Origin: Mobula hypostoma
Lineage: Eukaryota
Reading direction: 5' to 3'
Assembly: GCF_963921235.1 (NCBI RefSeq)
Contig: NC_086108.1
Coordinates: forward strand, 12,276,001 to 12,340,000
DNA length: 64,000 bases
The translations under genes and the position numbers were made by a program. Below, in pieces: positions 36,905-47,398 of this stretch. Under the pieces are notes generated by a model. It was not told the DNA's origin. It was given only the letters and a program-made list of their open reading frames with translations, and searched no databases. Numbering within the stretch: position 1 is the stretch's first letter; the number at the start of each line of letters is the position of its first letter.

Positions 36905-39013
36905 GGTATGGAATAAGAGAGATATCTACAATAAATATAAGCAGCATGGAGTAAATGAGGTGCTCGAGGAATATAAAGAATGTAAAAAGAACCTTAAGAA
37001 AGAAATTAGAAAAGCTAAAAGAAGATACGAGGTTGCTTTGGCAAGTAAGGTGAGAATAAACTCGAAGGGTTTCTACAGTTATATTAATAGCAAAAGGATA
37101 GTGAGGGATAAAATTGGTCCCTTAGAGAATCAGAGTGGACAGCTATGTGTGGAACCAAAAGAGATGGGGGAGATTTTGAACAATTTCTTTTCTTTGGTAT
37201 TCACTAAGGAGAAGGATATTGAATTATATAAGGTATGGGAAACAAGTAGGGAAGTTATGGAAACTATGATGATTAAAGAAGAGGAAGTACTGGTGCTTTG
37301 AAGGAATATAAAAGTGGATAACTCTCCAAGTCCTGACAAGATATTCCCTAGGACCTTGAGGGAAGTTAGTGTGGAAATAGCAGGGGCTCTGACAGAAATA
37401 CTTCAAATGTCATTAGAAACGGGGATGGTGCCGGAGGATTGGCATATTGCTCATGTTGTTCCATTGTTTAAAAAGGGTTCTAAGAGTAAACCTAGCAATT
37501 ATCTGCCTGTGAGTTTGACATCAGTAGTGGGTAAATTGATGGGAAGTATTCTTAGAGATGGCATATATAATTATCTGCATAGACTGGGTCTGATTAGGAA
37601 CAGTCAACATGGATTTGTGCGTGGAAGGTCATGTTTGACAATTCTTATTGAATTTTTTGAAGAGGTTACTAGGAAAGTTGACGAGGGTAAAGCGGTGGAT
37701 GTTGTCTATATGGACTTCAGTAAGGCCTTTGACAAGGTTCCACACGGAAGGTTAGTTAGGAAGGTTCAATCATTAGGTATTAATATTGAAGTAGTGAAAT
37801 GGATTCAGCAATGGCTGGGTGGGAGACGCCAGAGAGCAGTGGTGGATAACTGTTTGTCAAAGGGAGGCTGATAACTAGTGGTGTGTATCAGGGATCTGTA
37901 CGGGGTCCAATGTTGTTTGTCATATACATTAATGATCTGGATGATGGGGTGGTAAATTGGATGAGTAAGTATGCAGATGATACTAAGATAGGTGGCGTTG
38001 TGGATAATGAAGTAGGTTTTCAAAGCTTGCAGAGAGATTTAGGCCAGTTAGAAGAGTGGGCTGAAAGATGGCAGATGGAGTTTAATGCTGATAAATGTGA
38101 GGTGCTACATTTTGGTAGGACTAATCAAAATAGAATATACATGGTAAATGATAGGGCATTGAAGAAGGCAGTAAAACAGAGGGATCTAGGAATAATGGTG
38201 CATAGTTCCCTGAAGGTGGAATCTCATGTGGATAGGGTGGTGAAGGAAGCTTTTGGTATGCTAGCCTATATAAATCAGAGCTTTGAGTATAGGAGTTGGG
38301 ATCTAATGTTGAAATTGTACAAGGTATTAGTAAGGCCAGATTTGTAGTATTGTGTACAGTTCTGGTCACTGCATTATAGGAAAGATGTCAACAAAATAGA
38401 GAGAGTACAGAGAAGATTTACTAGAGTGTTACCTGAATTTCAGCACCTAAGTTACAGAGAAAGGTTGAACAAGTTGGGTGTTTATTCTTTGGAGTGTAGA
38501 AGGTTGATGGGGGACTTAATCGAGGTATTTAAAATTATGAGGGGGATAGATAGAGTTGACGTGGATAGGCTTTTTCCAATGAGAGTAGGGGAGATTCAAA
38601 CAAGAGGACATGATTTGAGAGTTGGGGGCAAAAGTTTAAGGGTAACATGAGGGGGAACTTCTTTACTCAGAGAGTGGTAGCTGTGTGAAATGAGCTTCCA
38701 GCAGAAGTGGTAGAGGCAGGTTTGATATTGTCATTTAAAGTAAAATTGGATAGCTATATGGACAGGAAAGGAATGGAGGGTTATGGGCTGAGTGCAGGTC
38801 AGTGGGACTAAGTGAGAGTAAGCATTTGGCATGGACTAGAAGGGCGGAGATGGCCTGTTTCTGTGCTGTAATTGTTATATGGTTATATGGTAATATTTTC
38901 TAAATAGGGAGAAAATTGAAAATCTGAGATGCAAAGGGACTTGGAATCCTTGTGCAGAACACTCTAAGTGTTAACTTATAGATCGAGTCAGTGGTGAGGA
39001 AGGTAAATGCAAT

Positions 39014-39550
39014 TATAACACCCTGGGAAAGGTTTCACTGCTAATGTAATGGTTTTTGTAGAAGCAGTGTTTGGGTTATGGTTAGAGATAATGGGTGATT
39101 TCAAATATGAGCCGTCCAATGACGGGAGGGTGTTTTTGTGTCGTGTGTCTGACACCAGGGTGATCTAGGTTTTTTGTTTGGCAGGAGATGAAGAGAGAAG
39201 ATGCCGGAGCAGAGCCATGATCCAACGAAGGTCAGGTAGATCGAAGGAGGATCGGCGAAAGGGAAACCATGAGCTCCAACTTGTGAACATTAGACTGTTC
39301 CATTAAAATGAGCATTTTTCTTTCATTTTTGCTTGTTCTTCTCTAACCCTGTAGTCAAATTAAGAATTAAAAAGCTAAATCATTTAATTGTGTGTGGTGT
39401 ACTGTCTGTTATATCATGGTACTGATTTGTAACAGGGGAACAAATCACACAGCATCCACAGAAACGGGAGGTTTCGGGGTGGACTCGCATCTCAGTCTCA
39501 CCCATTTGGCAGGGCCAGAGATTATCTTCCCCAGACTTACGAGGGGAACA
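39014..39550 (+). mobile_element. Solo LTR (537 bp)
   Basis: 4-bp TSD caat at 39010-39013 and 39551-39554; removing the insert restores CR1 gcaatgttggc. Termini tataac / aaca. Confidence 0.8.
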
Positions 39551-40319
39551 CAATGTTGGCAATCATTTCAAGAGGTCTAGAATATCAGAAAAGGGGTGCA
39601 TTGGCTTTAGAAGGCACTGGTGAGGCCTCACCATAAGTACTGTGAACAGTTCTGGGCTCCTCATCTAAGAAAAGATGTGCAGGCATTGGAGATGGTTCAA
39701 ATGAGGTACACAAGGATGATTCCAGGAATGAATGGGTCAACATATGAGGAACATTTGATAGCTCTGGGTCTGTACTCACTGGAATTTAGAAGGATGAGGG
39801 TGGGATCTCATTGAAACATTTTAAATTTTGAAAGGCCTGGACAGAGTAGATATGGAAGTCAATGGAAGTAGACAGTTTAGCTGGTTCAGCGTGGATTAAA
39901 TGCGCCAGAGAACCTGTTTCTGTGCTGTATTTTTCTATGAATAGGACTCTACAATGCAGTCAGATAAAGAATCAGAGAATAATGTTTTCTTGAGCAGTGA
40001 ATCATAAATAAAATATAAATAATTCTCACAGAGGGTGAAAGAGAAACCGGTTAAAGAGCTGAATAAAGAATTAGGTTGTGTGCGGGTCAGACTGGTACAC
40101 ACCATCAGTCTGGCTGCCATTCAATCACAAATGTGTTACGACCTCCCGGCTGGGGCGGGGAGGCTCATTGTTATGAAACCTGCACATCAGTGCGTGTGCA
40201 GGCCATGGGTACAGAGTCACTGCTTCAGATAAGACTCTGAACACGGTGGCTGATGGATTCTGGTCTCTGCTCCTCTCCTGACTCTCTGTGATCCCCAGCT
40301 CTTTGAGCTTTCAAATACT

Positions 40320-40830
40320 CATCCATCAATTGTAAATTTCTACCGATGTACCCTGGAGAGCGTTCTAACTGGCTGCATCACCATCTGGTATGGGGGTGGG
40401 GGGGAGCTACTGCACTGGATTGAAATAAGCTGCAGAGAGTTGTAAACTCACTCAGCTCCATCATGGGCACTAGCCTCCACAGAATCCAGGACATCTCCAA
40501 GGAGCAAAGCCTCAAAAAGGTGGCGTCCATCTTTAAGGATCTCCATCACCCAGGACATATTTTGTTCTCCTTGCTACCATCAGAAAGAAGGTACAGGAGC
40601 ATGAAGGTACACAATCAGTGATTCAGGAACGGCTCCTTCCCCTCTGCCATCCAATTTCTGAATGGACATTGAACCAATGAACATCACCTCACTACTTTCC
40701 TAAACTTGGTATTTTTGCACAACTTTCTGTAATTCAATATGTTTTTCCTATTATTATGTATTGCATTGTACTGCTGCTGTAAAGACAACATATTTTGTAA
40801 CATATGCCGGTGATATTAAACTTGATTCTG
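40320..40830 (+). mobile_element. Rex1/Babar-type 3' fragment
   Basis: aatttctaccgatgtacc.tggagagc...ccatcacccaggacat; ends gatattaaacttgattctgat. Confidence 0.75.
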
Positions 40831-41049
40831 ATCCTCGCATTCAACAGATCCACAAGACAGATCCAGAAAAACTGGCGAAATTCAGCGGGTCCAGTAGCAT
40901 GTGAGAGGAGAAAATAATTCTTGCCCTTTCTGCAACAAACTCTGCACTGAGAATTAATTATATCCACTGATCTGGCTGCCACCTCTCTGAGAGGCAGGAA
41001 TTCCATCAACTACTGGTGACAATGCTCACACACTTCCTCCAACAGTACA

Positions 41050-41460
41050 GGCTCTGGAGCTGTACTCACTAGAATTTGGAAGAATGGGCGGGGGGACCTG
41101 TCGAATTTTGTTTGTTGATAGAGTGGATGTGGCGAGGATGTTTGCTTTAGTGGGAGAGCCTCAGACCAGAGGCACAGAATAGAGGAATGTCCATTTAGAA
41201 AAGAAAAGAGGAGGAATTTCTTTAGCCAGAGGGTGGTGAATCTGCAGAATGCGTTGCCATAGGCGGTTGTGAAGACCAAGTCATTGGGTATATTTAAGGT
41301 AGAGGTTGATAGATTCTTGATTAGTCAGGGCATGAAGGGATATGGGGAGAAGGCAGGAGATTGGAGCTGAGGGAGAAATGGATCAGCTGTGATGAGATGG
41401 CAGAACAGACTGGAAGGGCCAAATGGCCCAATTTTTGGCTAATCGTAGGGGTCTATGGGC
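41050..41460 (+). mobile_element. CR1 3' fragment
   Basis: gaatttctttagccagagggtggtgaatctg; gggccaaatggccc stem-loop. Confidence 0.75.
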
Positions 41461-43244
41461 TAAAAAAATTTGGGAACTCCCAGATCACAGGGATCTCCAG
41501 CATGGGAGCAGTCACCCTGTAGAGTCCTGGAGAGAGGAGAATCAACAGATGAAGCTACTGGGTCACCAGGCAACATCAGGACAGATACTAAAACATCATA
41601 GCAGAGAAATAAGGTGAATGCATCCACCCAGCATGTGGACATGGCTGGAAAAGAGTTAAAACATAAAGACGGCCATTGAAACTGGTCCTGCCTTGCACTT
41701 CCAAGCACTAAACCATTGAAATATAACAACCTTTTTTACTAGTCCCTTAATTCCTATTCAATTCCAAAATTTAATTTGGTTGTAGAGAGGAGGCTGCCCC
41801 GTAGGTGATTCCTACTGAAGATTAATAAACAGGCCTGTCTCATATCTTCTGATCTTCAGTTCATAATGATCAGTGTAGGATGTTCATCAGCTAGATCATT
41901 TCCCCAGTCACAAAGTAAATTATCTATGTAAATTCAATTTTTAATAATTTCAAAGTAATTTCCTTTCAACAGAGAATCCACTAAACCTGTGTTAAATAGT
42001 GAATATGTAAGCCATTGACCTTTTACCTCTGATATCTAGTCCCTTTTGATCAAGCCAGGATTTAACTGCGGTCAGGTTAGAAAAGTTGTGGTGTGGGACT
42101 TGTAGAGAAACCAGATGCTGGAATGAAGAAAAACTGTACGCAACCTGATCTAATTTTCCACAAAATACCAAACCTGCCACTCTCCCAATGCAGAGCATCC
42201 TGTGACAACAACCAGCCCTACCTAGACCCAAATTCTGACCTCACCCAACTGCTCTGTGGTAGGGATTGCTTTCAGTTTGCTGGGGTTCCTGTAGTACAGC
42301 AGCCTAGATATCAACATCCTGCTCTTTAAAGTTCAAAGTTCAAAGTAAATTTATGATCAAAGTACAATATGTCACTAAATGCAATCTGAGATTCACCTTC
42401 TCGCATGCATTCATAGTGGAACAATGAAATCCAAAAGAACCAAGAAAAAACTACACGTAAGGATGAACAGACAACCAAAAGAAGACAAATGGTGCAAGTA
42501 AAAAAATAATAAATAGATAGAGAAAGGAATGGATGGATGGATAGAGAGATAGATAGATAAATAAGTAATACTGAAAACATGAGTTGTAGAGTCCTTGAAA
42601 GTGAGTCCATAGTTTGTGGAATCAGTTCAGCATTAAGGTGAGTGAAGTTATCCACAATGGGTCAAAGTTCAAAGTACAATTTATTGTCAGAGTGCATACA
42701 TATCATCAGATACAACCCTGAGTTTTTTTTTAGTTGATGGTTGTAGGGCAATAACTGTCCCATGATGAAAGGTAATATTGCAGTAAGATGCCAATAAAGA
42801 ATTCCTAACTCAATCCCTACAAAACCTTTTAAAGTATTATAAATGTCCTAAATAAAGTCAGAAGATATGAGATTAAGGTAGACACAAAAGAGCATTAATA
42901 AATTGAAACATTATTTTGAAGCTTATGGTCCTGAGGGAATCACAATATCAAATCAGCTTTTGTGGAAGATGTTGGGTTTGAAAATTTGCTAGCAGTAATA
43001 ACAGTTCAGTACATTGCTACGAAAGTCTCTGAGACTGGCATTTTACAGACATACACAAAACACTGGAAGAACTCAGCAGGTCAGGCAACATCAACAGAAA
43101 AGAATCAACAGTTGATGTTATGGGCCAACCCTTTATCGGAACTGTTTGTAAATCATTAAAATTTACAGCGAGGCAAGTGTTTTTTGTTTCAATGCAGATG
43201 GAATTTGCCAAAAGCAGAACTCTCAGATCTTCTAGAGAACGACA

Positions 43245-43640
43245 TTCTTGTCATGGTTTGGAGGCCTGCATGCCTCAATGACTCTGAAGAGCTACTGTAT
43301 GTTGGCAGCAGTCAGGGCCTTGCGCACTGGCTCTTGACAGGGTCACCCATGCCGAACAGGTCAAAGGGTAGAGGCCAGACTAAGAGTGGTCCACTGGTCC
43401 TCCAGGTTCAGGGGTTCAGCTCAGGGTTAACCTCCCTGACTGGTCAAACAAAATAGTTACCGAAACAACATTGGAGAACCTTTTATATCTGAGTGCAACG
43501 ATATTCCTGAGTCTCCACCCGGGACTTGCATGATTGACAGTAGTGAGAACTGAGCTACTGACATGATGGAGAAAGCTATGAACCATTCGTAGAGGACCTT
43601 CATTGCTGCCCTAACTGCCAACAGTGTAATGGGCATTAGA
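43245..43640 (+). mobile_element. Non-autonomous RTE-derived bipartite element (second copy)
   Basis: Colinear with 21845-22245 (ggtcctccaggtt..ggggttcagctcaggg; tattcctgagtctccaccc). Confidence 0.7.
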
Positions 43641-45292
43641 TAGAACTCTTGGAGCAACTTCCACTATCAATGTCCCCACAGAGTGCAGACCATTGCATAA
43701 TTCAATGGGTGTGTAACTGACCAATTAAAATTAAGGATTCAACATTTAGCAAAACAAAGAAACTGTTATCCACAACAAACCCGTAATGCTCTCCTGAAGA
43801 CAGGATCAATATTGGAGAAGCGACCATCAATCTCACACAACTGGCCCAGTTGTGTCAAAGCAGCCTGGTACATCACACTAATTCTGTAGATTTATATAAG
43901 CTTATTCCTAAGGGCACCAAATATCACTTTGATAATCTTATGTTGGCAAAATAGTAAAAGTCCACACATTTTGTTATTCAAACTAAATCAGGGAGATGGA
44001 AAAGGTTTATGTGGGTAAGGGACAAGATGGTTTAAAAGCAACAATGGCTTTTCATTTCTCAGTTAGGAGGAGAGATCAGCTGCCAGATAATGTCAATATT
44101 CTAGCTGAGTGCAATCCAATAATGAGGAGGTAGTGAGGAAGCTCTAACAGCCAACTCCCACTCTCCCTTACAGTGTTATCTTCAAGGGCATCTGAAATCA
44201 CTAAACTGCGAGTAGATAGATAGATAGTTCATTGATCCCAAAGGAAATGACAGTGTCACAGTAATATTACTAACGCACAGAATTCACCCCACTGACCCCG
44301 AGGAATCTGTCTCAGGTCTAGGCATCTCAATATCCCTTAGAATAGGAGTATTTCATCATCCTGGTGGATCTCCTGATACATATAATTTGATCTTGTACAC
44401 ACACTGTAATGTGAGCCCTCAGGGATTTGCTCACTACTTCATTAGTTCTTTCATTTTACACTTCCCTATCTCTCTGTCATCCCTTCATTTCACTCCAGAA
44501 AATAGCAGTTGAGAAATTAATCCTGTTCTCAAATCATTTGCTGAGGTGGTGTTTATCTGCCTGGACCTCAGCCAGATTCCTCAGGGTCAGTGGGGTGGAT
44601 TCTGTGATTGGACGCAATGTAAGTGTCATGGTGTGCATTGATAGACAACTGAACCCATGTGTGGCAAAACGACAGACTCCCATGTTGAGACAGTATCAAG
44701 AGTTTATTCATAGGAATTCCAACTGAATATCAGAGCCTAGACCGAGCGATACCATGAGACAAATCATCCTCAACTCACAAGGGCCCCATGATCTGCACTA
44801 ATTGGGAGTCCGTTTTAAGTAAGCGCAGTACACTGAAAACCCGTGCCAGTCAAAATGCACTTGACAAGATTAAACAGAAAGCACAAGAGTGTAGCAACTT
44901 TAGGTAAGAGAGCAATTAACAAATACAGGCCCACAGGCCCAAAGGGCACATGACAGTAAGGGACAGTGTGGGTGGGCAGGGTAGCCTGGACTCCTTCTGT
45001 ACAGGTAGGTAACTAAGGAGGCTCAGCCACTCTACAAACTGACTGGATGTGTATCAAAAATAGCTTTTAAGTGGAGAGATGCTAGATCCCTACTAGACTG
45101 ACCTTCATACACCAGTGCGCACAGTCTGTCTCTTAAGGGAGCACTTGACTGACTCTGCTGGTAATGAAGCTGCTGTACTGTTAATGTCCATAGAACACTG
45201 ACATGGCTCTTTCAGAAAACTTGCCATCTAAAAAGACATCAGCACACTGCACAATAATCGATTTGCTTTTAATCTGCCCAGAGCCCCTCGGA

Positions 45293-46527
45293 TATAGAAA
45301 CATAGAAACATAGAAAATAGGTGCAGGAGTAGGCCATTCGGCCCTTCGAGCCTGCACCGCCATTTATTATGATCATGGCTGATCATCCAACTCAGAACCC
45401 AGCCTTCCCTCCATACCCCCTGACCCCTGTAGCCACAAGGGCCATATCTAACTTCCTTTTAAACATAGCTAATGAACTGGCCTCAACAGTTTGCTGTGGC
45501 AGAGAATTCCACAGATTCACCACTCTCTGTGTGAAGAAGTTTTTCCTAACCTCGGTCCTAAAAGGCTTCCCCTCTATCCTCAAACTGTGACCCCTCGTTC
45601 TAGACCTCCCCAACATCGGGAACAATCTTCCCGCATCTAGCCTGTCCAATCCCTTTAGGATCTTATACGTTTCAATCAGATCCCCCCTCAATCTTCTAAA
45701 TTCCAACGAGTACAAGCCCAGTTCATCCAGTCTTTCTTCATATGAAAGACCTGCCATCCCAGGAATCAATCTGGTGAACCTTCTTTGTACTCCCTCTATG
45801 GCAAAGATGTCTTTCCTCAGATTAGGGGACCAAAACTGCACACAATACTCCAGGTGTGGTCTCACCAAGGCCTTGTACAACTGCAGTAGTACCTCCCTGC
45901 TCCTGTACTCGAATCCTCTCGCTATAAATGCCAGCATACCGTTCGCCTTTTTCACCGCCTGCTGTACCTGCATGCCCACTTTCAATGACTGGTGTATAAT
46001 GACACCCAGGTCTCGTTGCACCTCCCCTTTTCCTAATCGGCCACCATTCAGATAATAATCTGTTTTCCTATTTTTGCCACCAAAGTGGGTAACTTCACAT
46101 TTATCCACATTAAATTGCATCTGCCATGAGTTTGCCCACTCACCCAACCTATCCAAGTCACCCTGCATCCTCTTAGCATCCTCCTCACTGCTAACACTGC
46201 CACCCAGCTTTGTGTCATCCGCAAACTTGGAGATGCTGCATTTAATTCCCTCATCCAAGTCATTAATATATATTGTAAACAACTGGGGTCCCAGCACTGA
46301 GCCTTGCGGTACCCCACTAGTCACCGCCTGCCATTCTGAAAAGGTCCCGTTTATTCCCACTCTTTGCTTCCTGTCTGCTAACCAATTCTCCACCCACACC
46401 AATACCTTACCCCCAATACCGTGTGCTTTAAGTTTGCACACTAATCTCCTGTGTGGGACCTTGTCAAAAGCCTTTTGAAAATCCAAATATACCACATCCA
46501 CTGGTTCTCCCCTATCCACTCTACTAG
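45293..46527 (-). mobile_element. Very young 5'-truncated CR1
   Basis: Uninterrupted 375-aa frame to the natural stop, clean (tttctatg)n tail, CpGs retained. Confidence 0.95.
45392..46519 (-). pseudogene. CR1 ORF2 RT C-terminal half
   Basis: Motifs [31 protein letters not shown] and FFTQRVVNLWNSLP. Confidence 0.95.
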
Positions 46528-46694
46528 ATCTGTGGGTGAGGCCGATATACTTTAATCTCCAGAGTAACTATGGGACACTTCAACAAGTGTGTATTCATGG
46601 TTGGATTTATGCAGCTGCCTTGTTCCAGGGTAAAATCTCCCTGGACCTTTCATTACTTCAATCACTGAGTCCATGTTTCACCTTCTCTCCTGTG

Positions 46695-47398
46695 TCCAGT
46701 GCCATCAAGAGCTGACTCACCAGATGGTGACAAGAGGGCATACAGGAGTGAGATATATCAGCTAGTTGAGTGGCGTTGCAGCAGAAACCTTGCACTGACA
46801 ACTGATTATGGATTTCACAAAGGGTTAAATGAGGGAACACATACCAGCAGAAAGAATGAGCAGTTTCAAGTTCCTGGGTGTCAATATCTCTGAGGATCTA
46901 ACGTGGACCCAACATATTGACCCAGCTACAAAGAAGGTACAACAGCAGCTATATTTCATTAAGAGGTTGAGGAGATTTGGTACATCACCAAAAACACTCG
47001 CAAATTTCTACAGATGTATGTGGAGAGCATTATAACTGGCTACATCACCATCTGATATGGTGGGGGGGGGGGGTGTTGCTACTGCACAGGATCTAAGTAA
47101 GCTACAGAAAGTTGTAAACAGTCAGCTCCATCATGAGTGCTGGCCTCCACAGTATTCAGGACATCTTCAAGGAGAAATGCCTCAGAAAGGTGGTGTCCAT
47201 CAATTTTTTAAAGAACCTCATCACCCAGAACATGCCCTCTTCTCATTGCTACCATCAGTGAGGTGGTACAGGAGCATGAAGACACACACTCGATGATCCA
47301 GAAACAGCTTCTTCCCCTCTACTGTCCGATTTCTGAATGGACATTGTACCCATCATTACCCACCACTACTTTTTTTAATTTTTATTTCTGCACTACTA
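46695..47398 (+). mobile_element. Rex1/Babar-type 3' fragment, ending where the HERO tail begins
   Basis: ORF 46829-47035 reads FKFLGVNISEDLTW..LYFIKRLRRF; later PHHPEHALFSLLPS. Confidence 0.8.

Larger units (their letters stand above)
34465..38892 (+). mobile_element. Long CR1 LINE: ORF1 SGNH-esterase part plus ORF2 APE/RT, disrupted
   Basis: ORF1: VVVHVGTND and D.LHLN..G..IL. ORF2: ILGDFNFPHIDW, SDHN, NYLPVSLTS and KYADD. Tail ttatatggttatatgg. Confidence 0.95.
32455..39860 (+). mobile_element. Old CR1 RT fragment split into pieces by several later insertions
   Basis: Colinear pieces at 32455-32583, 33340-33695, 34366-34464, 38893-39013 and 39551-39860 (DFQKAF, KFTD, QFWAPHLRKD). Confidence 0.8.
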
